The position numbers were made by a program, and so were the translations under genes. Below the pieces are notes generated by a model, which was not told the origin of the DNA, made no database searches, and saw nothing but the letters and a program-made list of their open reading frames with translations. 64,000 nucleotides of DNA from Nitrospirota bacterium (GTDB lineage: Bacteria; Nitrospirota; UBA9217): the NCBI GenBank assembly GCA_963845065.1, contig CAWJQQ010000005.1, positions 224,001 to 288,000 of the forward strand. The letters are read 5' to 3'. Each line of letters starts with the position of its first letter. Within the stretch, counting starts at the first letter, position 1. Of this stretch, positions 39,527-49,788 are shown one piece after another.

Positions 39527-40978
39527 ATGCATAGAGTTCTTGTTATAGAAGATGACGATACCGTACGGGACGTACTCCGCTCGTTTCTTTCAGAAAAAGG
39601 CTTTGAGGCTACACTTGCCCAAAACGGTGAAACGGGTCTCGACATGCTTCGGGCGGAGAGGTTCGATCTTATCCTTACCGACCTTGTGATGCCCGGCATC
39701 ACCGGGATGGATGTGCTTAAGGAAGTCTTAGCATCTAAGATCAGGATCCCCGTCATTGTAATTACGGCCTTTGGCACAGTTCAGACCGCAGTCGAAGCAA
39801 TGCGGCTCGGAGCATTCGATTATCTGACCAAGCCCTTCAACCTCGATGAACTCATGATTGTCATTGAGAAGGCGCTCTCCGTATCAAAACTACAAAAAGA
39901 AAATGTTATGCTCAAGATGCAGCTCAAGAAGAAGTACAACTTCAAGGGGCTCATCGGAGACTCGCCGCGTATGCAGGCGGTTTACGAACTGATCGAAAAG
40001 ATCGCGGATACGGACAGTACTGTACTCATCACCGGCGAGAGCGGTACAGGCAAAGAACTGATCGCCAAGACCATCCACTATAACAACAGCTCCCGTGCGG
40101 GTGGCCCCTTTGTTCCCCTTAACTGTGCCGCTATTCCCAAAGACCTCCTCGAGTCGGAACTTTTTGGACACGAAAAGGGTGCTTTCACCGGTGCGATCAA
40201 TACACGCATCGGCCGCTTTGAACTCGCGCAGGGAGGAACGCTTTTCCTTGATGAGGTGGGGGAGCTTGATCCTTCGCTTCAGGTCAAGCTACTACGGGTA
40301 CTTCAGGAGCGCGAGTTTGAGCGTGTGGGCGGTGTGAAGACTATAAAAGTTGACGTACGTATCCTGGCGGCAACTAATAAAGACCTGGAAAAAGCAACAA
40401 AGGACGGCTTGTTCCGGGAAGACCTGTTCTACCGCCTAAACGTGATCCCACTCCATTTGCCTCCGCTCAGAAGCCGAATCGAGGATATTACTCTCCTCAT
40501 GGCCCATTTTGTCCAGGAGTTTTGTCGTAAGAGAAAACGTGAGCCGTTCACATTTTCGCCGGACGCTATGGAATGCCTCATGAAATACAACTGGCCGGGA
40601 AATGTTCGTGAACTCGAGAACCTTGTCGAGCGCTTAACCATCCTCGCGACCGGGCCGGTCGTAAAAGTATTGGACCTACCTGAAAAACTTCACCAGTTGA
40701 CCTTTGCCGCTGTTGTAACGGCGACGTCGTCAACTGAGGCGCCAATTGGTTACGGCAAAATCGATGTGATCCCGGCTACCGCGCAAAACACACTTGAAAT
40801 TGGTGAAAGCGGGATAGACCTGAATGAAATGGTAAGTGCTATAGAGCGAAATATGATTCGCAAGGCTCTCGAAAAAGCGGGCGGTGTCAGGAGCAAGGCC
40901 GCCCAGCTTCTCGGACTTAACCGTACAACGCTGCTTGAAAAAATAAAAAAAATGGGAATCGAGTTGCAGAAACGCTAA
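39527..40978 (+). CDS. Sigma54-dependent response regulator (REC-AAA+-Fis HTH), probable flagellar master regulator (FleQ/FlrA/FgrM-like)
   Basis: GESGTGKE, GAFTGA, WPGNVREL, LGLNRTTL.EK; divergent from fliL. Confidence 0.93.
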   Translation: MHRVLVIEDDDTVRDVLRSFLSEKGFEATLAQNGETGLDMLRAERFDLILTDLVMPGITGMDVLKEVLASKIRIPVIVITAFGTVQTAVEAMRLGAFDYLTKPFNLDELMIVIEKALSVSKLQKENVMLKMQLKKKYNFKGLIGDSPRMQAVYELIEKIADTDSTVLITGESGTGKELIAKTIHYNNSSRAGGPFVPLNCAAIPKDLLESELFGHEKGAFTGAINTRIGRFELAQGGTLFLDEVGELDPSLQVKLLRVLQEREFERVGGVKTIKVDVRILAATNKDLEKATKDGLFREDLFYRLNVIPLHLPPLRSRIEDITLLMAHFVQEFCRKRKREPFTFSPDAMECLMKYNWPGNVRELENLVERLTILATGPVVKVLDLPEKLHQLTFAAVVTATSSTEAPIGYGKIDVIPATAQNTLEIGESGIDLNEMVSAIERNMIRKALEKAGGVRSKAAQLLGLNRTTLLEKIKKMGIELQKR

Positions 40979-41002
40979 ATTTTACCGCCAATCCTTCGTC
41001 AT

Positions 41003-41018
41003 TGTCAGTTAACTGACA
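41003..41018. promoter_or_regulatory. Perfect FleQ-box-like palindrome
   Basis: TGTCAGTTAACTGACA. Confidence 0.7.
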
Positions 41019-41063
41019 GCCTTCCTCAAACCCATAGTCATTAAAATTCAAGCCATTATCTTC

Positions 41064-41079
41064 GGGCACGCTTGTTGCT
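41064..41079 (+). promoter_or_regulatory. Sigma54 promoter of TPR-kinase-regulator operon
   Basis: GGGCA-CGCTTG-TTGCT. Confidence 0.8.
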
Positions 41080-41092
41080 TACACTAGCGGGC

Positions 41093-42919
41093 ATGAGGAC
41101 ATTCTTTGTTATCTTCTCTATAACGTTCATGCTAATATTTTCGAATATGCACCAGATGAAGGCTGAAGCGCATGGCGACTCACTCACTCCGTTGGAGAGG
41201 GCGAAGGTGTTGATTGCCGAGAACAAACCAGCGATGACTATCGATGCTCTCTCCACCTATCACCCATCACATGAAGAACTCTCGGACTACCACTATGTTT
41301 ATGCAAAGGCGCTCACGGCGCTCAAACACCCTTATGAATCCATCGAGCATTACCGACTAGCTTATGTCTACGCCAGCTCACCGGCAGACAAAGAACGTCT
41401 GCTGTTCGAGCGAGCTAATGTGTATGCAGGAATGCACTATTACTCGGAGGCGGCTGTTTGCTTTGACGTCTTTCTTAAACAATTCCCGCAGTCGAGCTTA
41501 GCCGAGCGAGCCCACCTAGGCATCGCGGAAGCGCGCTATCAGCTCGGGGAGTTCCGGGAGGCGCTTGTCCATTTTGAAAAAGGGGGGACATCACATCAGA
41601 CACTGATTAAACGGGCCATCACTCTCCAGGCACTGAACAGAAATGATGAGGCATACAAGCTTTTCCACGACATGATTGAGCAGGACCCAGAGCTGGTACG
41701 TTCTTCGCCGGAAACGATGTACAACCTTGGCGAGAGTTACCGCCGAATGAGTAAATTAAAAGATGCGAAAATCTTCTTTGGATTGGTGCAAGATCCGGCG
41801 TTTAAATACCAGGCGGCCAATGGGCTCGGGCTTATTGCTTTAACTGAAAAACGAAACGATGATGCAGTGACCGCATTTACCCTTGCCGCGGAATCACCAG
41901 AACGCTCCGTCAAGTGCGATGCAACCATGAACCTCGCCGATGCCTATATGCGGATGGGGAAAAATGAAGAAGCACAAGCCACGCTCCAGGATATCAAAAA
42001 GAACTATCCCTACGGGAAGCAATACGATGCCGCAATCATCCTGCTGGCAAGGCTGTACAGGACCCAGGGAAAATTTAATGAGTCCCTGTCTCTACTGAGA
42101 GAGCTCATATTGCGTAGGAACCCGGTCAGTGCCGCTTTCGATGAAATTGAGTCCATATTTAACGAAGCGAAGGACCGCGACCCCAACAAGTTCATCAAGC
42201 TGTGGGCTACAGCTGGTAGCTGGCTTCTAGACCCGTCTCGGGCCAGGTCTATCGTCAAAATCGCCCCCCACCTCAGAATCTCCGGAAAGCCCTTTCTTGA
42301 CGTATGCACATGGCTCATCAAGTACGGCCCCACGGATGTTCAGTCAGAAGCATGGCTGCTGCTAGCTGATTTCTATGCGGACCTGGGCGACGCGGCAGCT
42401 GCGCGTAACTATCTGAAGCTTGCGAATCCAGCTGCCAGCAGCGATACGATTCTACGCATTCGGGCCAAGATTGCCCTGGCCTCCAAGGAGGGCCTGAGCG
42501 GAGCGGAGATGGTCATGAAAATCCATGACGTGAGGGAGGACGATGTTCTCCTGCTTCTCGATTCGATGAAACTGCTCACGAACATCAAAAAGGAAACGGC
42601 ATTCTGCGAACGGGCCATGCGTAATAAATCGGTCGCGGTTACGACTGCCGTGCAGTTCGCTGATATTCTGTACGCTGCAGGGGACAGACTGAAGGCGCTC
42701 GCTTATTATCGCGTCGCCGTTGCCGCGAGGACCGAGAAAGCAATCATAGATGTCAAGACTGGAGCTGATGTGGAATGGGCGTATTACCGAATAGCGGCAA
42801 TTGCGAAGGGTGAAGACGCTGAGAATGCGCTCAAAGCGATACAGACAAAAAACAATGCTGTGGGACGCTTTGCTGCCGCCGAACTCAAGGGGGCGCAGCT
42901 CCTGAGAAGGATTGACTAA
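41093..42919 (+). CDS. Exported tetratricopeptide-repeat protein
   Basis: N-terminal hydrophobic signal; repeated TPR patterns (FLKQFPQS, KKNYPYG); ATG 41093 downstream of the sigma54 site. Confidence 0.88.
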   Translation: MRTFFVIFSITFMLIFSNMHQMKAEAHGDSLTPLERAKVLIAENKPAMTIDALSTYHPSHEELSDYHYVYAKALTALKHPYESIEHYRLAYVYASSPADKERLLFERANVYAGMHYYSEAAVCFDVFLKQFPQSSLAERAHLGIAEARYQLGEFREALVHFEKGGTSHQTLIKRAITLQALNRNDEAYKLFHDMIEQDPELVRSSPETMYNLGESYRRMSKLKDAKIFFGLVQDPAFKYQAANGLGLIALTEKRNDDAVTAFTLAAESPERSVKCDATMNLADAYMRMGKNEEAQATLQDIKKNYPYGKQYDAAIILLARLYRTQGKFNESLSLLRELILRRNPVSAAFDEIESIFNEAKDRDPNKFIKLWATAGSWLLDPSRARSIVKIAPHLRISGKPFLDVCTWLIKYGPTDVQSEAWLLLADFYADLGDAAAARNYLKLANPAASSDTILRIRAKIALASKEGLSGAEMVMKIHDVREDDVLLLLDSMKLLTNIKKETAFCERAMRNKSVAVTTAVQFADILYAAGDRLKALAYYRVAVAARTEKAIIDVKTGADVEWAYYRIAAIAKGEDAENALKAIQTKNNAVGRFAAAELKGAQLLRRID

Positions 42920-42922
42920 GGT

Positions 42923-44143
42923 GTGCTGATGAAGATAGACCAATTGAATGAAGCATTCCAGACATTTTCTGCCGCATCGAAGAGCCTCGAAACGTATTAT
43001 GGCGAGCTGAAAGACCGGATCGCTCGATTGTCTAACGAACTCGAGATTAAAAACAGTCAGTTAAACGATGCGCTTGCAGACGCGGAGCGGAACAAGGACT
43101 ATCTCAAGGCTATCCTCTACAATCTTGAAGAAGCGATCGTTGCCGTGGACCCCGACGGGCTTGTGACCACTATGAATCGGTCCGCGGAAGAACTACTCCG
43201 GACTTCCCTCTCCGAGGCCATAGGTAAGCCTTTTGCGGCAGTGGAATTCTCACTGACGCTGGAGGGCACGGATACAGTGCTCGAAGCGGGTGATAAGCGT
43301 TATACGGTCATCCTGTCCCACTCCGACGTCGTTGATGCCGAGGGATGTCTTCGGGGACGAGTAATTCTGATCAAAGACATCACCCGGCTGCGGGAACTCG
43401 AACTCCGGCATGAACGGAACCAACGCTTGATTTCCATGGGCGAAATGGCCGCAAAGCTTGTGCATGAGATCAGAAATCCGCTTTGCAGCATCGAACTCTT
43501 CGCTAGTATGCTCGAAAAAGAACTTACAACTACCTCGCACAAGGACCTTGCGCAGGGCATCACGGCGGGCATTGGCAGCCTCAATTCGATTTTAACCAAT
43601 ATGCTCTTTTTCGCGAGGCCTAACAAACCATCGGTCAAAACCATGCGGCTTGATAGTGTTATCGAGGAATCCATACGCTTGCTTCATCCGATGATGGATT
43701 CGAGAAACGTAAGGCTCTCAACATCGATGACAGTATGCGAGCTTTCAGGCGATGCCGAACTGCTGAAGCAGGTCTTCATGAATATTATGATTAATGCTGC
43801 CCAAGCCATGCCTGACGGCGGCACGATCGATATCCGCATGGGGACGGTAAAAGACGTGGTCATGGTGAGTGTCGAAGACACAGGATGCGGTATCCCCCGC
43901 CAGGACCTGGAGCGCATCTTCGACCCATTCTTTTCGACCAAAGATAGCGGAACAGGCCTCGGACTCGTGATAGCGTCAAACATCATGCAGTCCGTCGGCG
44001 GTTATATTAAGGTAACGAGCGAGCCGGGAAGAGGTAGCACCTTCAGCCTGTGCTTCCCGGTATTGCAGGAAGGAACCAATCACGGAGCAGTGGCAGCCGC
44101 AGAGCAGCGGGGGAAAGTATGCACTGCAGTGGAATGTAGTTGA
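42923..44143 (+). CDS. PAS sensor histidine kinase (FleS/FlrB-like, cytoplasmic)
   Basis: GEMAAKLVHEIRNPL; NAAQAM; DTGCG; PFFSTK..GTGLGL; N-terminus LNEAF..F..AS..LE..Y. Confidence 0.94.
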   Translation: MLMKIDQLNEAFQTFSAASKSLETYYGELKDRIARLSNELEIKNSQLNDALADAERNKDYLKAILYNLEEAIVAVDPDGLVTTMNRSAEELLRTSLSEAIGKPFAAVEFSLTLEGTDTVLEAGDKRYTVILSHSDVVDAEGCLRGRVILIKDITRLRELELRHERNQRLISMGEMAAKLVHEIRNPLCSIELFASMLEKELTTTSHKDLAQGITAGIGSLNSILTNMLFFARPNKPSVKTMRLDSVIEESIRLLHPMMDSRNVRLSTSMTVCELSGDAELLKQVFMNIMINAAQAMPDGGTIDIRMGTVKDVVMVSVEDTGCGIPRQDLERIFDPFFSTKDSGTGLGLVIASNIMQSVGGYIKVTSEPGRGSTFSLCFPVLQEGTNHGAVAAAEQRGKVCTAVECS

Positions 44144-44208
44144 TGGTGATAAGCAGGAAGCATATTTTCCTGTCGACCAGAACCCCCAGAAGTAAAAGGA
44201 GTAATACC

Positions 44209-45513
44209 GTGAGTAATTCGAACGCAAAACCCATACTCGTAGTTGATGACGATCCGCAGATGCGCGCAGCCCTTTCGGAAGCGATCCAGCGGCTCGGACA
44301 TCGGGCTGTCCTGTGCGACAGCGGCGTCGAAGCTATCGGGAAACTGCGCGAAGTGCCCTACTCGCTGATCGTAACGGACATGAAGATGCCGAAGATGGAC
44401 GGGCTCACATTCCTGAAGGAAGCACGCCGTCGCAACGGAAACATGCCGGTACTGGTGATTACCGGTTTCGGCACTGTCGAGAACGCTGTCGAAACCATGA
44501 AGGAAGGTGCGACGGATTACCTCATGAAACCCTTCTCTTTCGACGCCCTGAGCAAGACCATCGAATCAATCATAAGAAGACAAGCGGCTGATAAAGACAT
44601 CATGACCGAGAATCCTGAAATGCAAAAGATAGTGCAGCTCGCAGGAAACCTCGCAGGCAGCGATATTACCGTCTTGATCACGGGCGAGAGCGGCACGGGT
44701 AAGGAGCTGCTGGCCCGCTACATCCATCAAGCGAGCAAGCGAAAGAATAACCCTTTTGTCGCTGTGAACTGCGCCGCCATTCCTGACAGCCTTCTTGAGT
44801 CGGAACTCTTTGGACATGAGAAAGGGGCTTTCACGGGAGCTGTGGACCGAAAAAAAGGGAAAATGGAGCTCGCTGACGGCGGAACGATCCTTTTGGACGA
44901 AATCGGCGAGATGCCCCTCATGCTCCAGGCGAAGCTGCTCCGCGTGCTTCAGGAGCGTGAGATCGACCGTATCGGAGGAAAGGAACCGGTGCGAGTCGAT
45001 GTTCGGGTGCTCGCGACGACGAACAGGGACCTTGCCAGCGAGTGCGCCGAGGGTCGATTCAGGGAAGACCTATTCTATCGGCTGAACGTGTTTCCGCTCA
45101 AAGTACCGCCGCTCCGAGAACGTCAGGAAGACATTGCCTTGTTGGCACGGCATTTTGTAAAGCGGTTTTCCGTTCAAGCTGGGAAGGAACTGCGGGGATG
45201 CACACCGGCATCGATTGCTCTTCTTAAACAAATGCCATGGCGCGGGAACGTGCGGGAGCTGGAAAACGTTATTCAACGCTCAGTCTTTTTATGCAGCGGG
45301 GTAGTCGTGGACAGTGCAGATTTTATGCTCGATCAAGCTGAATCACAGACGATGGTGAACGGAAAACTGAAGGACATGGAACGCGATGTGATTTTGAAAA
45401 CGCTTAAAGATGTGAACGGCAACAAGTCGAAAGCCGCAAAACTGTTGGGCGTCAGCGTCAGAACGGTCAGGAACAAACTGAATGAGTATGGGCAAAAAGT
45501 GCCGGTAGGGTGA
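44209..45513 (+). CDS. Sigma54-dependent response regulator (FleR/FlrC-like)
   Basis: REC, GESGTGKE, GAFTGA, LGVSVRTVRNKL; GTG start after AAGGAG; directly upstream of flgB. Confidence 0.94.
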   Translation: MSNSNAKPILVVDDDPQMRAALSEAIQRLGHRAVLCDSGVEAIGKLREVPYSLIVTDMKMPKMDGLTFLKEARRRNGNMPVLVITGFGTVENAVETMKEGATDYLMKPFSFDALSKTIESIIRRQAADKDIMTENPEMQKIVQLAGNLAGSDITVLITGESGTGKELLARYIHQASKRKNNPFVAVNCAAIPDSLLESELFGHEKGAFTGAVDRKKGKMELADGGTILLDEIGEMPLMLQAKLLRVLQEREIDRIGGKEPVRVDVRVLATTNRDLASECAEGRFREDLFYRLNVFPLKVPPLRERQEDIALLARHFVKRFSVQAGKELRGCTPASIALLKQMPWRGNVRELENVIQRSVFLCSGVVVDSADFMLDQAESQTMVNGKLKDMERDVILKTLKDVNGNKSKAAKLLGVSVRTVRNKLNEYGQKVPVG

Positions 45514-45523
45514 AAATTTTGCC
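45491..45523. promoter_or_regulatory. Paired putative enhancer sites for flgB promoter
   Basis: GGCAAAAAGTGCC (45491-45503) and TGAAAATTTTGCC (45511-45523). Confidence 0.6.
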
Positions 45524-45647
45524 GGGCAGGTTGATTGGGGAATGGCGAAAGCGGAACGCGCAATAAAAAATTTAGAAAAATCATCGATAAACTCACTGTA
45601 TTCATTCAGCATTCCGCGATCCGAATTCTGGAGCATGAAGCAGCATC

Positions 45648-45663
45648 TGGCACGGTTATTGAT
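45648..45663 (+). promoter_or_regulatory. Sigma54 promoter of flgB operon
   Basis: TGGCA-CGGTTA-TTGAT. Confidence 0.75.
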
Positions 45664-45686
45664 TATATAAGCCAGAGGAGGGACGT

Positions 45687-46058
45687 ATGTCTGACAGTAT
45701 GAACGTGTTAGAGCGGGTTGTCCGGCAAGCCAGTATACGAAACGACATCCTTGCCTCGAACATTGCGAACGTAGATACGCCTAATTATCGAGCAAAGGAC
45801 GTCAAATTCAGCCAAGCCCTCGATAATGAGATGAGCATGACTATCACGGACGCGAGACACATACAGGCAGGATCAGGGGGGAATGGGTCAGGCGAGATTC
45901 AGGAAGACGATACGAAGCCATGGGCTGACAAGAACAACGTTGAAATGGACCAGGAAGTGGCCAAGATGACAGAGAACGGCATGATCTTCGAAGCGGGAAT
46001 CACCCTGCTCAAGAAAAAGATACAGATGTTCAAGAATGCACTTAGCACATCGGGATAG
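45687..46058 (+). CDS. flgB: Rod protein FlgB
   Basis: LASNIANVDTPNYRAKDV.F; D.NNVEMD.E. Confidence 0.97.
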   Translation: MSDSMNVLERVVRQASIRNDILASNIANVDTPNYRAKDVKFSQALDNEMSMTITDARHIQAGSGGNGSGEIQEDDTKPWADKNNVEMDQEVAKMTENGMIFEAGITLLKKKIQMFKNALSTSG

Positions 46059-46121
46059 AGCAAAGGGGAAAGATGCAACTTATTGACTCCCTGCTCACCC
46101 AAGAATTGATGAGGACGACAA

Positions 46122-46535
46122 ATGGATTCCTTCAATGTGTTTACGGTCAGCGCTTCAGCGCTTGCGGCACAACGGCAAAGGATGAACGTAATTGCTTCCA
46201 ACATGGCGAATGCTCACTCAACGAGTTCGGCCGAGGGCGGACCCTATCGCAGGCAGGACGTGGTGTTTAGCACCGACCCTCTAGGGTCGGACCAAGACGG
46301 CCTCACGGGGGTGAAAGTGAGCAGTATCGTTAAGGACGATTCCCCGCTCAAGATGATGTACGATCCATCCCACCCCGACGCAGACAAAGACGGCTTCGTG
46401 GCGATGCCGAACGTGAACATCATTGAAGAGATGGTGAACATGATGATGGCATCACGTGCCTATGAGGCCTCCGTATCTGCATTCAACATGTCGAAAGCCA
46501 TGTTTATGAAAACGCTTGATCTCGGAAGCGTGTAG
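46122..46535 (+). CDS. flgC: Rod protein FlgC
   Basis: AQRQRMNVIASNMAN; GGPYRR; YDPSHPDAD; SRAYEA. Confidence 0.98.
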   Translation: MDSFNVFTVSASALAAQRQRMNVIASNMANAHSTSSAEGGPYRRQDVVFSTDPLGSDQDGLTGVKVSSIVKDDSPLKMMYDPSHPDADKDGFVAMPNVNIIEEMVNMMMASRAYEASVSAFNMSKAMFMKTLDLGSV

Positions 46536-46789
46536 AAGACATGCGGAAATTGGGCGACCCCTGAGGTCAAACAACGGGGTTTTACTTTCCATGACGCAAG
46601 GAGAAAAGAAATCAAACACCTGAAACCACGGTTCCCTACATCGTCGGCACGCTCAGAGAAACTCAGGTTCAAAAATCTTTGAATGCTTGATCAGTGTTTG
46701 CCGTGTCTATCTGTGGTTGTTGTATGTTTCAAGCAATAACGAATGCGAAGTAAATTGACGAACCATTAGTCAAATAGTGGAGACGGAAA

Positions 46790-47080
46790 ATGAGCGAAAT
46801 TATAGTCAACGGTGCAAGCACGGGCCAAGGTCTACATCAAGTAAAGCCAGGGGGAAAAGAACCGGCTTCGGGCTTTGATGAAATGATGCAGGACGCGATT
46901 GGTAAAATTTCTCAGGTCCAGAGCGATGCAGATAAGGCAGTGCAGGAGATGGCATCTGGTGGAGATCCGACCGGGGCGATCCTCTCCATGGAAAAAGCTG
47001 ACATGAATTTCCAGCTTATGATCGAGGTCAGGAACAAATTGATCTCCGCATATCAGACCGTAATGAATATGCAAGTGTAA
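46790..47080 (+). CDS. fliE: FliE
   Basis: EKADMNFQLMIEVRNKLISAYQTVMNMQV. Confidence 0.97.
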   Translation: MSEIIVNGASTGQGLHQVKPGGKEPASGFDEMMQDAIGKISQVQSDADKAVQEMASGGDPTGAILSMEKADMNFQLMIEVRNKLISAYQTVMNMQV

Positions 47081-47183
47081 TCATTGATGGTAATTCGATC
47101 GGAGATGGGAATTCGGCAGGAACAAAGACGCAGATTAAGCGTTTGGCCAAACTCCGAACTTATTTATTCCTTGAGGTGAAGCT

Positions 47184-48725
47184 ATGGCAGACGTTGGCGA
47201 ACAGTTACGAACCTTGCCGATGAAAAAAATATTAGCGCTGCTCGTCGTGATCGCGCTTGTGATAACAGCTGGCATCCTCCTGATGACGTGGTCGCAGAAG
47301 GCAGACCAGCAGCTCCTGTTCTCGAATTTAAGCGATGAAGATGCCGGCGCTATCATCCAGAAACTGAACGAGCAGAAGATCCCGTATACCGCGACTGGTG
47401 GCGGGATCATGGTGCCTGCCGACAAGGTGTACGAAGTCAGGCTCCAGCTCGCGAGCCAAGGATTGCCACAGGGCGGCGGGGTTGGGTTTGAGCTTTTTGA
47501 CAAGACAAGCTTCACTATGACTGACTTTGTACAAAAGCTGGACTACCGTCGGGCGCTCCAAGGGGAGCTTGCGCGGACGATCCGGTCTTTGGCAGAAGTC
47601 GAACAGTGCCGCATTCATCTGGCAATTCCGGAAAAAACGCTCTTTATGCAGAAAGATGAAAAACCAAAAGCATCGGTCCTCCTGAAGCTACGACCGGGCA
47701 GAAGGCTGTCGCAATCACAAGTTCAGGGCATTGTCCATCTTGTCTCTAGCAGCATTGAAGGACTTGATGCGAAGGACGTGACCGTGGTGAATAACGATGG
47801 TGACATGCTCACAAGCGATGTCGACGAAAATTTTGCAGAAACGGGCAGCCAGTTCGAATATGAGCGGACCTATGAACACGATATGGAGGCCAAAATAATC
47901 AGTATGCTCGAACCGGTTGTGGGTAAAGGCAAAGCAAAGGCAAGGGTGGCTGTAAGCTTCGATTTTACGAAGACCGAAAAAACTGAAGAAAAATATGACC
48001 CCGACAGCCAGGTTGCGAGGAGCGAGCAGCGGAACACTGAAAAATCCACCGGTGGGACGAACGGCGGCATTCCCGGTATTGCGTCGAATCTCCCTGGGAG
48101 GCAGCAGACGACGGCGACCATGCCAGGTACACCGGCGGTATCGGAAAAAAAGGACGAGACGATCAACTATGAGATCACCAAGACCATAAGCCATGTGATC
48201 AGTCCTACGGGTGAGGTCAAGAAACTTTCAGTGGTCGTCCTTGTGGACGGGACCTATGCTGCTGCACAGGGCTCAACAGAGAAAAAATACACTCCTCGCA
48301 CTGAAGATCAGGTGAGGCAGTTTGAGGACATGGTAAAGAAAGCGATCGGCTTCAGCGCGGACCGTGGCGACGAGGTCAAGGTCGTGAATTTGCCCTTTGA
48401 GGTCGTTCCGCAGGAAGAGATGGTGGATACACCGGCACCATCACGGGTTGTGCCGACGGTTATGAGCGCTTCGAAATATCTTGTTCCCCTCATCGGGGTC
48501 GCGCTTCTTTTTCTTTTCGTGGTAAAGCCACTCATGAAGACGCTGACCGAACCAACGCAGCTCGCATTGCCTCAACAGCAACTCAGCCTGGTGCAGGCTG
48601 CGGGCGAGGTACAGAGGGCGATCCCCGAGCAGGATCGATCATCTCGCGAACAGCTGATCGATTGGGCCAAGAAAAATCCGAAAGATGCGTCGAATCTCAT
48701 CAAGGGATGGCTGGAGGAGAAATAA
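47184..48725 (+). CDS. fliF: MS-ring protein FliF
   Basis: GFELFD; RALQGELARTI; two TM segments. Confidence 0.98.
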   Translation: MADVGEQLRTLPMKKILALLVVIALVITAGILLMTWSQKADQQLLFSNLSDEDAGAIIQKLNEQKIPYTATGGGIMVPADKVYEVRLQLASQGLPQGGGVGFELFDKTSFTMTDFVQKLDYRRALQGELARTIRSLAEVEQCRIHLAIPEKTLFMQKDEKPKASVLLKLRPGRRLSQSQVQGIVHLVSSSIEGLDAKDVTVVNNDGDMLTSDVDENFAETGSQFEYERTYEHDMEAKIISMLEPVVGKGKAKARVAVSFDFTKTEKTEEKYDPDSQVARSEQRNTEKSTGGTNGGIPGIASNLPGRQQTTATMPGTPAVSEKKDETINYEITKTISHVISPTGEVKKLSVVVLVDGTYAAAQGSTEKKYTPRTEDQVRQFEDMVKKAIGFSADRGDEVKVVNLPFEVVPQEEMVDTPAPSRVVPTVMSASKYLVPLIGVALLFLFVVKPLMKTLTEPTQLALPQQQLSLVQAAGEVQRAIPEQDRSSREQLIDWAKKNPKDASNLIKGWLEEK

Positions 48726-48804
48726 CAGCTTAGAGTGAATTTGGATATGAGTACACCGAACAGCACTAGAAATTCGAGTTACTGAGTCAGGCAAGGAGCT
48801 CTAA

Positions 48805-49788
48805 ATGCCTTTGAGTGGTCATGAAAAAGCCGCTGTTTTTTTGAGTGCCCTCGGCGAAGATACTGCAGCCGAGGTGTTGAAAGGTCTCGATGTCAAGGAC
48901 ATCGGCAGGATCACTATGTACATGACGCGGCTCACAACCGTGTCACGGGACACGATCGATAATGTCCTGAAAGACGTATCGGAAAGCGTCACCCGCGGTG
49001 ATGTTCGGCTCGGAGGTACTGAGTTCGTAAAAAAAGTGCTCGCAAAGGGACTGGGTGAGGACGGCGCGATGAAAATCATGGAGATGGCGTCCAAAGAGGG
49101 ACCGCTTGAAGCTCTGCGTTGGGTCGAAGCCAAGACCCTGGTCAACTTTCTCATATCGGAGCATCCTCAGACCATTGCGCTCGTTATCTGCCTGCTTGAA
49201 CCTCAGCAGGCCGCGGAAGTTCTCTCCATCCTTCCGGATGCCATCAAGTCCGATGTCGCGATGCGAATCGCTTCGACTGACCGGATTCCGGAGCATGCCA
49301 TCGTAGAGCTCAAAGAAGTGCTGAAAGGGCAGCTCGAAATGGGCAAAAGCAAGGGTCTGCGTATGGGTGGTACCAAGGCCATCGCCGAGATACTGAACCA
49401 GTGCGATCGGTCTACAGAACAATCAGTCTTGGGCAAAATTGATGAGCAAAACAACATACTCGCAGACTCGATCCGAAAACTTATGTTCGTGTTCGACGAC
49501 CTGGTCAAGGTGGATGAACGCGGCATTCAGCTGCTCCTGAAAGAGACGGGGACTGACGAGCTTGCACTGGCGCTTAAAACGGCATCGGAAGCGCTCAAGG
49601 AGAAGATCTACAAGAATATGTCCCAGCGCGCAGCGCAGATCCTGAAAGAAGACATACAGACGCGGGGACCAGTCAAGCTATCCGATGTGGAAAAAGCGCA
49701 ACAGAACATCGTGAAGGTCGCCAGGAAGCTTGAAACGGACGGCAAGATCATTCTTGCCGGGAGAGGCGGTGAAGAGGTTGTTGTCTAA
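48805..49788 (+). CDS. fliG: Motor switch protein FliG
   Basis: EHPQTIAL; MFVFDDL; NMSQRA; GPVKLSDVE.AQ. Confidence 0.98.
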   Translation: MPLSGHEKAAVFLSALGEDTAAEVLKGLDVKDIGRITMYMTRLTTVSRDTIDNVLKDVSESVTRGDVRLGGTEFVKKVLAKGLGEDGAMKIMEMASKEGPLEALRWVEAKTLVNFLISEHPQTIALVICLLEPQQAAEVLSILPDAIKSDVAMRIASTDRIPEHAIVELKEVLKGQLEMGKSKGLRMGGTKAIAEILNQCDRSTEQSVLGKIDEQNNILADSIRKLMFVFDDLVKVDERGIQLLLKETGTDELALALKTASEALKEKIYKNMSQRAAQILKEDIQTRGPVKLSDVEKAQQNIVKVARKLETDGKIILAGRGGEEVVV

